DNA of 64,000 bases from contig MU057560.1 in assembly GCA_013265495.1 (NCBI GenBank), forward strand, positions 1,562,753-1,626,752, in the 5' to 3' direction. The DNA is from Vicugna vicugna. Its lineage: Eukaryota. Under the pieces are notes generated by a model. That model did not search any database and was not told the DNA's origin. It saw only the letters and a program-made list of their open reading frames with translations. The position numbers and the translations under genes were made by a program. Every line of letters begins with the position of its first letter. The stretch's first letter is position 1. This document shows positions 12,890 through 25,269 of this stretch, piece after piece.

Positions 12890-14600
12890 ATTTTATTTTG
12901 AAAAATTTAAAGCATACAGAGAAGTAGAAAGAAAACGAGCACCATATAGGTAGACTCTCAACATACATCAAAAGTGGTTTGCATTTAGCCAAAGGTACAT
13001 GTTCTTTCGCATCTATTTCCCCCCAGATTTGTTCAAAGTCAGGATAAGACATTACGACCCTCTCCTCCTATAAAACTTGATATGTTCTTTCTGAGAATAA
13101 GGACATTTTCTCACCTAAACACTTGCCACTTCAAGTCTCCTGATGACAAGAGCAGCGACAACACTGGTGACAGAATTCCGCAGTGTCACAAAACGCCCGG
13201 CCTGTGCGTGCATCTCGTCAGTTCTGACAGAAACGCCTCTTACACCTCTTCGGGCTTTTTCTTTCTCTTTTTCTTCCTTTTCTGACTGAAATCCAGTTCG
13301 GGTCCGTGCCCTGGATGCGGCTGCCGTTCTCCTCAGGCTCTGCTGTTACGGGACAGGTCTCTCGCGTGCTCGGTCTTCAGCTCGCTGTGTTATTTAAATG
13401 CGGTGCGTGACCTTCTAGAATGTGCCGTTCTCCAGCGTTCTGTGCCTGTCTCCTCGTCACGTCCTTACTTATTCCTCAGTCTCCTGTGGTGTCTTTGAAC
13501 TGGAAGTTCAGTCTGTGACCGGGCGCAGTGCACCGTGGCCATGGGCCAGGTCTGTCCACAACCTCTTTTGTGAACAAAGCTTTATTGAAACACAGTCACA
13601 CCCAGTTACTCAGATGTTGTCTGTGACTGCCTTTGTGTTACGACAGAGCTGGGAGTTGTAGAAGAAAACATATGACCCACGAAGACCGAAATACTGATTC
13701 TCTCTCCCTTTACAGAAAAAGTTTGCCAGTCCCTGGTCTTGAAGTCTGAGTAGATGCAAGCTAAACACATCGATCAAGAACCTTTGAGAGGTGATCTGAG
13801 TACCCCCTGCTGCACCACATAGAGAGATGCACCTGTCAGGACGCCCCTCCACTAGTGATGCCCATCCATCACTGTCTCTCCATCGGAAATGCATCTTGCT
13901 CTTTGCAGTACTAAGTGATCTGTGGGGAAACACTTTAACACCATTAAAGTACCTTTCCCAACATTGCTGACTCTTGCCTGAATCAGTTATTTCCAATTGG
14001 TTGTGACTTAAGTTTTTTAGACGGCATTGTGGCGTGAGACAAACGTATAGTTTATTTCCTTTCTGTCAGTTTTGCTTTTCATTTTTGAGTTTCACATCAA
14101 ATTCTTGGATTTTTTTTTTACTTGAATGGAAAAATCCTGTACTAAAAATTTTTGATGTTCAAATTTCCCACTAAATTTGCAATGGGAGCCTCTTAAAAAT
14201 GGTTCTTATACACTCTTGGCATAACCTCCTTCGTATTTAAGACTCCCAGGCTTACTGGCACTTAAGAAGGCATCTCAAAGGCAGTCTGTACGGTCCCTGT
14301 CCGGGGGCCAGAGTCGGACGCTTCTCTGAAGAGCCTTAGATCCTTTGTGGGGAAAGGTATTTAGAACCTAAGACCTGGACACTCGCTCACTGCTTCAGAG
14401 CGGCCGCTGTTGAGTAGTTAGAGCGAGGAAACCAGGAGAACTCAGGACCTGACGCTGCCTCTTCCAACTCAAGTCTGACATCAGCCCGTTCCCCACATAC
14501 GTACTTGTATCTATTGTCTCTGACACCAAAGTCACGGTTCACAAACCACGACTATATTTATTTATTCACCTCATCCTATAATAGGTAGAATAACTTTGAC
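12890..14600 (-). mobile_element. Old L1MC/L1MD-like 3' region, interrupted by MER58A
   Basis: ttttattttgaaaaatttaaagcatacagagaagtagaaag; ctagaatgtgccgttctcc; ggtatttagaacctaagacctggacactc; typical L1MC antisense motifs. Confidence 0.65.
13519..13735 (+). mobile_element. MER58A (hAT-Charlie non-autonomous DNA transposon)
   Basis: aacaaagctttattgaaacacagtcacacc...ccctttacagaaaaagtttgccagtccctg; degenerate 8-bp TSD gtctgtga / gtcttgaa. Confidence 0.88.
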
Positions 14601-14614
14601 ATTTTAAGAGCCAT

Positions 14615-14927
14615 ACTTACAAAACAGAAACAGACTCACAAAGAAACGTATTGTTACCAAGGGGGAAGGGGGTGGGAACGGATAAATTGGGAGTTTGAGA
14701 TTTGCAGATAGTAACTACTGTATATAAAAGAGATCAGCAAGTTCATACTGCACAGCACAGGGAACTATATCCAATATTTTGTAGTAACTTATGGTGAAAA
14801 AGACTATGAAAATGAACATGTGCATGTTCATGTATGACTGAAGTGCTGTGCTGTACACCAGCAATTGACACAGCATTGTAAACTGACTCTACTTCATTAA
14901 AAAATAAATAAATATATATACCAAAAA
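14615..14927 (+). mobile_element. L1 3'UTR fragment (artiodactyl/camelid subfamily)
   Basis: acaaaacagaaacagactcac...gggagtttgagatttgcagata...gcacagggaactatatccaatat...A tail; flanking aagagc(c/a)ata direct repeat. Confidence 0.9.
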
Positions 14928-15699
14928 AAGAGCAATATTACTACCAACAAGAAACTCACTGCATGAAGCTACGTATTTCTTCCCCTCCTCCTCTCTTCCT
15001 CCTTCTCCTCCTCTTCTCCAGAATACTCCCCTAGAGTGTACAATCCAGGCACAGTGTCAAAATTTACTCAATACACTATGTTCTTTGCATGATGATACAC
15101 ATATTTGCGATTTTAGGGGTTTTTTTCTTTTTGATTGAATTTTTCTAACATACACAAAATGTTTACATTTTCCTTATCCTGGGTCCCTGGAGAAGCCATC
15201 CATAGAGAGACAGAGGGACTTGAAACTTAGACCACTGTGCTGTCCCACCTGGACCCTGGAAAGGCGCCCGGGCCTCAGGGAAGAACTGGACAGGCCGCTC
15301 CGGGAGACCTGCAAGACGGCACGTCCTCTGTTTAATGTCCCTGCATCACCCTCTGCTGGTGCAGCTTCGTATTGTGACAGCAGGCAGAGGACACGCGGAC
15401 ACGTGTGCAGGGCCCAGCTCCGTTCTCACGGAGGAGGGGCTGACGGCTAACGTAGGCCACGAGAGACAGTGAATGAACAACCAGCTGACCCACAGCTCTC
15501 CCCACAGCCCTGCTCTGGTGGCCACCTCTTCCCCCGTCGCCCAGTAGGGGAAACACAGTCCCGCGTCCAGGTTCTTCGCAGAAATCTTGCCAGTCCTGGG
15601 AACGCAGCACCTTCGGTTGCTCTGTGACCTCAGTTCTCTGAAGGGTGCAAAAAGCTGCTGGGATTTTGTAGGCGACCTGGCTCGGCCTCACCACGTGCT

Positions 15700-16275
15700 T
15701 GGCAGTGGCGTTCTTCCGCGCTTCCCCACCTGCAGCGGAAGCAGGCGCGAGTGCCCGTGGCTCAAGAGCTGGGTGACGCAGAGCGTTTACAGCACAGGGG
15801 ACGTGGGCACGGTCGTGCCCTGGTGGGAATACACGTTTGTGGAGCCATTCTGACAAGAAACCTTGCAATACTTGGTCAAGTTACAAGTAAGCACAGCCTG
15901 ATACGGAGCAGAACTTTTCATGGGTCTATGCGCAACTGAATTCTCAAGCAGATCCAAAACGGGCTTTTTCAAAGATGTCCATCACACTGTTGTTTGTGGT
16001 GGTGAAGAACCAGGGCCAGTCTTGCATCTGAACTGGCGGGGGTCGGGGGGTACGTGGTGGGGGTGCCCCATGGCACCCTCCGCAGCAGCTCAGGAGAGCA
16101 GGTCAGATGTACTTAGTAACGTGACACTTACATAAATTAAAAATAATGCAGATAAACCAACAATGCAGGCTTTGCAAAAATAGGTATGAACAAAAGGATA
16201 TGTATTAACACATTAGAAAGATTGCCTGTGGGAGCAGAGGAAATGGAATCGGGGAATGAGAAATACGCAGAAATA
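15700..16275 (+). mobile_element. Ancient L1ME-like fragment (5' part CpG-enriched)
   Basis: ctggtgggaatacacgtttgtggagccattctgacaagaaaccttgcaatac; aagatgtccatcacactgttgtttgtggtgg. Confidence 0.6.
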
Positions 16276-16277
16276 AA

Positions 16278-16520
16278 TAATAATAACTAACAGAAATGAT
16301 AGTCAGCAATTACTAGGTGCTGGATATAGCGCTCTGCACAAATTAACTTTTTAAATCCTCACTACAGCCCTAAGAGATCGCAATTATTACTACCTTCATC
16401 TCACAAACGAGAACACTGATGCGGAGAGAAGTGGGATAAATAGCCCCAGAGCGCACAGACCGCAAGGCCGCACGTAAAGCAGACAGATCAGTGCGAGGAA
16501 GAGCCATGGGGTTCTTCAGT
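16278..16520 (-). mobile_element. MIR SINE
   Basis: ttttaaatcctcactacagccctaagagatcgcaattattactaccttcatctcacaaacgagaacactga. Confidence 0.7.
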
Positions 16521-17514
16521 AATAACAGTAATAGTGATGATAATAAAGTCAACAGTGGCCCAGCATAGACAGGCCTGAACTGGTCCTCTTACAGTGTTTT
16601 TGTACTTAGTCTAATACAAGCACAAGCTAAGCAGCAATTTAAGAAAAAGAGAAGGACTTTAAATGACATGGACACAAGCTACATAGGAGTTTATCTTGCT
16701 CTGGGCCTGGATCTCAGCCGGACATGCCAGCTTAACTCCCATCATGTTTGGCCTCTTTATTCTGCATTTAAACCAGCAGGACTGTGGACAGGCTCATGGG
16801 CCTCCGTGTTCGTGCCTTTACCGATGTAAGTCCGGTGTCGTATACGTGGTTCCACTGGCAACCAATGAACCAATGCGTCATCAGACGGCGGGACCTGGTC
16901 CTGGGCTGGAAGATGATGGTGTCTGGCTGGGTCGCTGGCTCCAGGTGGAACCTGGGAGCTCTGTTCAAAGGAGTAGAATGAAAATATGTCAGTAAATAGT
17001 TTTCATCTTTTAGGTTCCTTCTTTCAGAAGAATGTGTCGCTTGCTCTATTTTTCTTCCTCTTATTCATCAGAGTTTACCTAGGGAAATTTCACTGTCTCC
17101 AAGCCAAGTTTAAAGGTTTCACATGGTATGTGCATTACAAGGACTCACAAGCTTTCTCCTGGCCTCTGGCAAAATAATGTTCACCTGGTCCGGGGTCTGC
17201 CAGTTGCTGGCTGCTGGGCGATGGAGCCGCGGGTTGAGTCGGTGTGGGTGGCCGTGTGTGCACCCAGCCCCTGTGTGCCAACACAGCACCGCAGACATGG
17301 GGACCTCCTTTATGAACAAACACTGCTTCTTCCCTTGGCTTTTTATTCTGTAAAGTGTTGTGTAGCAAAGGGAGGGACTGGAGGTGAAAGCAATTTTCTC
17401 AAATCACAAAGCCACTGTCATGGGGAGCTGGGCTTAAGGTCCAGCATTATTTCCAAGTGCACCCTTAGTGGATTCCAGATGTTCTGAGTATAAATTGCCT
17501 TTGTTTTGAACACT

Positions 17515-17850
17515 TGCTGTGTCAGACAGCACAGGCTCAGTTATGCCTTATTAAGTAAATTCAGATCACAGTCGCTTAAAACAATAGGTCCACTTGGATT
17601 CACTGGGGGCCCTGATCTGCATTATTCTCACTTAAGATCTGAGCGGCTGCAGCGGCCAGTCTGGACAACTGAGGCAGGCGGAGCCGGTGGGAGAGGGGGG
17701 CTGCACTCTGCCGTGGCTGTCCGCGTCCCGCCGAGAATGCACGCGGCACTACCGCTCCCATTTTATTGGCCAAAGTAAAGCACAAGGAAACTGCCATCTT
17801 CACCTGTTCCCAGAAGACAGAGATTTGGAAATAGTTAATAAATTACCTTT
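17515..17850 (-). mobile_element. Old MaLR LTR remnant (MLT1K/L-like)
   Basis: aggctcagttatgc...cagtcgcttaaaacaata; cactaccgctcccattttattggccaaagtaaagcaca. Confidence 0.5.
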
Positions 17851-17903
17851 CACTCTCACAGTTGCAACTGCTAAATACAAATGTATCTTAAAAACAGCTT
17901 CTC

Positions 17904-18071
17904 CTTCTGTGCAGCACAGGGAACTACACTCAATACCTTGCAACAACCTATAATGAAAAAGAATATAAAAAGGAATATGCATATATATGTACCACTAACT
18001 CACTATGCTGCACACCAGACACTAACACAACATTGTGAATCAATAAGACTTCAATAAAAAAATTAAAAATT
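17904..18071 (+). mobile_element. Short L1 3' end with TSD
   Basis: gcacagggaactacactcaatacc...acttcaataaaaaa; TSD aaaaa(c/g)agc(t/c)tctc at 17890-17903 and 18072-18085. Confidence 0.88.
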
Positions 18072-19034
18072 AAAAAGAGCCTCTCAAACTGGAGTTATCT
18101 AACTGTAGTATCTCTCAAAAACATTTTAAAAATAATATTCAGTAAGGTGCAAGGAAAATACTCGCATTAACCTTGTTTCGACTTTTTTTTTTTTTTTTTG
18201 CTTGTATTTGCCGCGGTGCATCCTGTTTATTGTCTGGCAGTTAAACAACTCGATATTGGCAGCTTCACCAAAGATCCTATTTTAGGACACCCTCCCCCCC
18301 GACGCCGTGGGAGGTGGTGGTTTATTTTCATGGGCAATGTGTAAAATGTACATTAGGCATGTTGCAATCCAGTACCAATGAATAGATAATTTTGTGTTAG
18401 CTAGTGCAATAAGACATTTCTCTTTAAAAATATGTATGTGTGTATATATACATATATATACTCATAAAAGTTTTACTAGAAATTCCAGCAGATCCTTGCT
18501 GTTGGCAGGAGAGTGTACAAACGTTCAGCCTCACACCAGCCCTTGTGCTGTGTGCCGGGCACACCTGTGTGGAGCCGTCTTCTCATTCACACTCAGGCCA
18601 CCGCCCGGACTGGCTAGAAACTGTTCGGGCCATTTGGCTGACTGTAACTGCTCTAAGTTAATTTCCCATTCATGCTGGACTTGATCCTTGTGCAGAAAGG
18701 CTACTGCCTTGAACTGCCCGGGGGCCGCCTTGGTAAATGGCCACGGCCAGGTCACACACAGCGGGGAGGACCGGCGGAACACGCCAGGCCGGAGGACTGC
18801 TCGCTGGGCTCCCTTCCTGCCACCCCCGGCAGTGCAGCTGCGGGTCCGACGGTCCCTGCTGGCCCACAGCGCGAGCTCTCCAGGGGCGCCTCCTCTTTGG
18901 GTGTAGGTGATGCAGTGTCTTCCCCGTGTCTTCTGTCCTGCAGTGGCTGGCTCTCAGACCCCACACTTCCTCCTTTGTTTGCGCCCCAAACCCCATGTGG
19001 CTCTGTGGTCCCTTCAGAACATCTATTCATTTTG

Positions 19035-19809
19035 TCTCATTTTGTAAATATTTTCATTGAAGTACAGTTGACTTACAATTTTGTGTTAGTTTCTGGTGTA
19101 CAGCAAAGTGATTCAGCCACATGTGCACATATATACACATTCTTTTTCATTATGGGCTATTAAGGGTATTGAATATTGTTCCTTGTGCTGTACAGTAGGA
19201 CCCTGTTGTTTATCTGTTTTATATACAGTAATGTGTGTCTGCTAATCCCAAACTCTTAATTTATCTTTTCTCCACCCCTTTTCCCTTTGGTAACCATAAG
19301 TTTCTTTACTGTATCTGTGAGTCAGGTTCTGTTTTGTAAGTAAGTTCATTTGTACCATATCTTAGATTCCACGTATGAGTGATGTCATATGATATTTGTC
19401 TTTCTCTTTCTGACTTACTTAGTATGATCATCTTTAGATCCATACATGTTCCTGCAAATGACATTATTTTATCATTTTTTATGGCCGAATAGTATTCCTT
19501 TGTATAAATATACCACAACTTCTTTATCCAGTCATCTGTCGGTGGACATTTAGGTTGCTTCCATGTCTTGCCTATTGTAAATAGTGCTGCTAGGAACATT
19601 GGGGTGCAGGTGTCTTTTCAACTTAGAGTTTTTTTCTAGATATATGCCCAGGAGTGGGATTGCTAGATCATACAGCAAGTCTATGTTCAGTTTTTTAAGG
19701 AACCTCCAAGCTGTTCTCCACAGTGGCTGCACCAGTTTACATTCCCACCAGCAGTGTGGGAGGGCTCCCTTTTCTCCATCCGTCTCCAGCACTTGTTATT
19801 TGTAGAAAG
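19035..19809 (-). mobile_element. 5'-truncated L1 (ORF2 C-terminus plus 3'UTR) with TSD
   Basis: Peptide [35 protein letters not shown] tctattcatt(t/c)tg at 19022-19034 and 19810-19822. Confidence 0.95.
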
Positions 19810-19999
19810 TCTATTCATTCTGATTGATCCTGGGTGATTCTGATTCCTGCCTGGACCCTGATGTATACAACCACTCAAATCCAATGCTTGTGATCATGTT
19901 CATTTGTGTATTTATTCATTGATCCATGGGTCAAATCATGAACATATTTACCCAATGACCAAGCTACTTCTGTTTTATATAGAAAATAACTGATGCCTG

Positions 20000-21013
20000 A
20001 TCTGCATTTCTCTGATAATCAGTGATACTGAGCATTTTTTCATGTGCCTATTGATCATCTGTATTTCTTCCTTGAAGAATTGCTCACTTAGGTCTTCTGT
20101 CCATTTTTGGATTAGGTTTTTTTTTTCTTATTAAGTCATATGAGCTGCTTATGTACTCTGGAGATCAAAACTACAATGAGGTGTCACCTCACACTAGTTA
20201 GAATGGCCATCATTCAAAAGTCCACAAACGAAAAATGCTGAAGAGGCTGTGGAGAAAGGGGAGCCCTCCTACACTGCTGGTGGGAATGCAGTTTGGTGCA
20301 CCCACTGTGGAAAACAGTATGGAGATTCCTCAAAAGACTAGGAATAGACTTATCATATGACCCAGGAATCCCGCTCCTGGGCATATATCCAGAAGCAACC
20401 CTTCTTCAAAATGACACCTGCACCCCAATGTTCATAGCAGCACTATTTACAATAGCCAAGACATGGAAACAGCCTAGATGTCCATTGGCACATGACTGGA
20501 TAAAGAAGAGGTGGTATATTGATACAACGGAATACTATTTAGCCATAAAAACCAACAATATGACGCCATTTGCAGCAACATAGATGTCCCTGGAGAATGT
20601 CATTCTAAGTGAAGTAAGCCAGAAAGAGAAAGAAAAATACCATATGAGATCGCTCATATGTGGAATCTAAAAAAACAAAACAAAACATAAATACAAAACA
20701 GAAACAGACTCATAGACATAGAATACAAACTTGTGGTTGCCAAGAGGGCGGCGGGTGGGAAGGGACAGACTGGGGTTTCAAAAAATAGAACAGATAAACA
20801 AGATTGTACTGTGCAGCATAGGGAAATATATACAGGATCTTGTGGTGGCTCACAGCAAAAAAGAATGTGACAATGAAAATATGTATGTTCATGTATAACT
20901 GAAAAATTGTGCTTTACACAGGAATTTGACACAACATTGTAAAATTACTATAACTCAATTTAAAATGTTAAAAAATGTGTATATATATAACAAGATAAAA
21001 AACAAAACAAAAA
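20000..21013 (+). mobile_element. Young L1 with 5' inversion (20000-20167 antisense, 20162-21013 sense)
   Basis: Perfect 19-bp TSD agaaaataactgatgcctg at 19981-19999 and 21014-21032; ORF2 peptide [20 protein letters not shown]. Confidence 0.96.
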
Positions 21014-22879
21014 AGAAAATAACTGATGCCTGGAAATGTAAAAATTGTTACAAAAATCTACTCTCCCTCCTGCAGCTTCCAGGAGCCCAGCCCTCAACAT
21101 TTATATCTCATGGTGATTTTGCGAGGTTTCCTATTCCTCCAAGGTTCCTTGACTGTTTGGTTTTGTTGTCTTCATGAGCCAGGCGTTGTGTGGAGAGATT
21201 CCTCTTCACAGTCTGCATATTCCAAGTAGCTTGATGGTGGCCTACTAACCTTGAAGCTTCTGCCAGGGATCTTGGGCTCCCTCCAAGAATCAGAGGTCTC
21301 TTGCCTTTAATCAAGTTTCTGTGTGGCTTCTTTGTGTGTGTGTTTACGTGTGGTTGCCAAGTGTTATTGCCGCCCTGAACTTCAGACCCACTGCTTCTCT
21401 GCTTTGTGGCCAGGGCCTGGGCTCCAACAGCCACACCTCTCCTTGGCTCCATCCAGCTCCGTCCTTGGTGCAAACAGCAAGTACCAGAAGGGGATGGCGT
21501 GGGGTGGGGAGGGGCGAGACATGAATCCTGCCCACTTCTGCATATTCTGAAGATGTACCAGCAACAAGTCCACAGACGTCAGGGTTGCCATTCTGTGGGT
21601 TCTTCTGAGCTCCAGAGGTTGTCACACTAAGTGCCCAGCTCCTCTCTCTTGGAGCTCTGCTCTCGGCGCCCCTGAACCCTCCCTGAGGATCTGTGTTCTA
21701 ATAATTACAACCTCTTTCCTTTGTTCCCTGAGCTCTGAGGGTAGCACCTCCTTCCACAGCTGCTACTCTGTGATGCCTTACTGCTGTCTTCCTGCCGTTA
21801 CAATTCTGAAATTTCAGGCTAGAAATTCTTTGTGTTAAATGGTTCTGTTTAAATAACTGATATTCTCCGATCCATATGCCAAGTACAGAAAATGTATGCA
21901 ATATTAGCAAAAATTATAAAGCAGCATACCACCTGAGGACAGCTGTTATTCATATTTTAACCTCTTTCTCCCAACATTTTCTACAGATAAATATTGTTTG
22001 AGGCTGGTGTTCATTCTTAAGGCTACATAAATAAAAGCAAGTGTCTGTTTTTCTGTTACATCATTCAAAAAAATCTTGGACAGATGTTCACCAAATTAGA
22101 GAGGTCCCCGTAGGAGGTTTTATTAACGCATTTGGTCACATGCTTTATTCTGAAGTTTACTGGGAGACCTGGGGAGGCAACTCAAAGGTGCAGGCAACAC
22201 ATCCTAACCGACATTGAGATTCCGGGAGGGTCAGTGTGGCATTAATTAGGGGCACCATGTATGGAACAAAGCAACAAACAGAAGCGAGACAAAGCTGAGC
22301 TTCAGGCACTCCTGGCTGCAGACGTGACGCGTCTCACCTGAGCCCTTGTACGCGGTGCTTCGGGCCTGAGTCTCAGCCGGAGCTGAATTACTGAAGGAGG
22401 TGTCGTGACTGGACGGGCACCCCCAGCGACGCCGGCCAGGTGTGTGTGGAGGCTCGGACTTGTGTCAGGTGCTCTCCACGTCACCGCACGTGTCAGCGGA
22501 GGCCTCTGAGATGCAGACGCCAGCCGGGACGAGCGGTACCAGCACTCTGGCAGGCACACCGCTCCTAAGGACGCGGCGGGAGGGAGGCGGACACCGTGGG
22601 AGAAGTCGCGATGCAGCGCTGACCCCTGCGCCAGCAGGAGGGGCAGCGCACCGGCTGAGGAGGGCCCTCGGCTCCCGCGCAGTGGTGAGGCCATCTCGGC
22701 CCGGCTCCTGAGGAGCCTCTGAGTAAAGCCAGATTTTTAAAGTCAGGACATACGTAAAGCCTGGCCTATTACCCGTGCCGGATCAGCATCAGTTCGAGTC
22801 TAAATGAGTTAGGAAGCAGCCCACCAAACGAGCGCAGATCTTCCCAGGGAAAATAATCTCCCTTCTGACCACGAGCACG

Positions 22880-23340
22880 TGCTTGTTGGTGAAAATCAGA
22901 CACAAAAAACGTGCAAAGGAAAAACTGACACTGCAGACCCAACCACCCTTAACAGTCGTGCGTGTTGCCCAGGGAGCTCGGCTGCCCGTCTCCCGCTGCT
23001 TCCCGCACACGCGCTGCCCCCGCGCCTCGCCGTCAGGGCCGCCCTGCCGCGTCTGCGCCGCGCACACGCCCCAGCACACGCCTGCGCTCCGGCTCTTCCG
23101 CCGCAAGCGCTCCGCCGGAAAGGCCTGCACGTGAGCCGCCCGCGCGCCGCAGGCCCCCCGGGGGGCGGGCGAGCCTGCTGAGGCCGCTCGCCCGGCAGGA
23201 ACATGCGCATCTGCGGCACAAAGCACTTCCTCCCGTGCGCACAAGGGCCGCCCAGATCTCACAGCTGCCTCCGTTTCCGCCCCGCCCTTCCCTCGTCAGC
23301 ACCCGGCCCCTTCTCCCGGTGTTTCTCGGCGTTCTCGCCA
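22880..23340. other. CpG/GC peak 2, overlapping a probable antisense L1ME 3' fragment
   Basis: CpG-dense 22960-23330; left edge gtgcttgttggtgaaaatcagacacaaaaaacgtgcaaaggaaaaac...cccaaccaccc resembles the L1ME antisense 3' end. Confidence 0.75.
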
Positions 23341-24072
23341 CTTTGTTATACAGAACAGTTGGTTCTTCCTTAGCTGATACCCCATAATTCAGATGTCCAA
23401 CCCATCCTGACAAACCAAGTGCCCGTGATTTAATAATGCGTGCGCTCTTCGGAAGGCAAGTGGCAGATCCAGGCGCACACCCCGCTAATTCCAAGCCACT
23501 CTAAATTATTTTTTTCTTAAGCTACCTGAACTCTCCCCCAGAGGAGTGTCTTATTGTTAAATAGACTGATAAATAGATAAAATTGTCTCATCTTAGCAAA
23601 AAAAATCCACTTCCGTATCCCAATGTACACATTTTTCACTCTCTTATTTCATGTAAAATACACTGAAAATACTATTCCCAGTCAATATAGTTGGTGATAC
23701 TTTTTGTGAAAATACTATTAATTCCTTTAAGAAGTCCAGTAGGAAAGGGCATGTTATGTACACGTATGTCTTACATAATTGTCTTAGAAAATCTCTAAGG
23801 AATATATGCTTGGGGATATTTGCACACTTAGATTTTTTAATATGCTAAATTCCTAGATTTGGAATGTCTACAGATGTTTTATTAATTTATCTTCTTGTCA
23901 ACAGAATTAAAGTAAGCTGTCCTTCTCACTCCAAAATCAACCTGGGATAGTCTTTATACTTTGACCTCCCGTATAAATATTAAAATGTTACTTTCAAGAA
24001 CAAAAAATAATATGTTCATATTTTTATTGTAATACTACTAAATGTATATATAATTTTGGTGAAAATCCTTAT

Positions 24073-25178
24073 TTTTTTAACATTTCTTATTGATTTATAA
24101 TCATTTTACAATGTTGTATCAAATTCCAGTGTAGAGCACAACTTTTCAGTTATACATGAACATATATATATTCATTGTCACTCTTTTTATTCTCCGTGAG
24201 CTACCATAAGATCTTGTATATATTTCCCTGTGCTATACAGTATAATCTTGTTTATCTATTCTATAGTTTTCAAATCCCAGTCTATCCCTTCCCACCTTCT
24301 GCCCCCTTGGCAACCACAAGTTTGTATTCTATGTCTGTAAATCTATTTCTGTTTTGTATTTATGCTTTGTTTGTTTGTTTGTTTTTTTATTCCACATATT
24401 AGCAATCTCATATGGTATTTTTCTTTCTCTTTCTGGCTTACTTCACTTAGAATTCTCCAGGAGCATCCATGTTGCTGCAAATGACATTATGTTGTCAGTT
24501 TTTATGGCTGAGTAGTATTCCACTGTATAAATATACCACTTCTCCTTTATCCAGTCATCTGTTGATAGACATTTAGGCTGTTTCCATGTCTTGGCTATTG
24601 TAAATAATGCTGCTATGAACATTGGGGTGCAGGTGTCATCCTGAAGTAGGGTTCCTTCTGGATATATGCCCAGGAGCGGGATTCCTGGGTCATATGGTAA
24701 GTCTATTCCTAGTCTTTTGAGAGAATCTCCATACTGTTTTCCACAATGGCTGCACCAAACTGCATTCCCACCAGCAGTGTAGGAGGGTTCCCCTTTCTCC
24801 ACAGCCTCTCCAGCATTTGTCATTTGTGGATTTCACAGAACTAGAACAAATCATAATACAATTTATATTGAACCATCAAAGACCTAGAATTGCTAAAACA
24901 TTACTGAAGAAAAAGAAAGAGGCTGGAGGAATAAGTCTCCCAGTCTTCAGACAATACTACAGAGCTACAGTCATCAAGACAGCATGGTATTGGTACAAAA
25001 ACAGACTTACGGACCAATGGAACAGAATAGAGCCCAGAAATGAACCCGCAAACTTTTGGTCAACTAATCTTCGACAAAAGAGGCAAGAGTATACGATGGA
25101 ATAAAGACAGTCTCTTCAGCAAATGGTGTTGGGAAAACTGGACAGCAGCATGTAAAACAATGAAGCTAGAACACTCCC
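24073..25178 (-). mobile_element. Young L1 with 5' inversion and internal deletion (24073-24830 minus, 24831-25178 plus)
   Basis: TSD tgaaaatccttat at 24060-24072 and 25179-25191; ORF2 peptides on both strands ([40 protein letters not shown]). Confidence 0.96.
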
Positions 25179-25269
25179 TGAAAATCCTTATCTTGATGAC
25201 ACTGAGTTTTATCACTTTTCTATGTAAAGTTCTCGCACGGCTTTTGGTAAATATATTCCTGCCGATTTC

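Noticed and set aside
16780..17125. Two small plus-strand exon-like segments (cag|gactgt...gat|gtaagt and cag|agttta...atg|gtatgt)
   Set aside because: No coherent open reading frame when joined and no recognisable peptide; such site pairs arise by chance in 64 kb.
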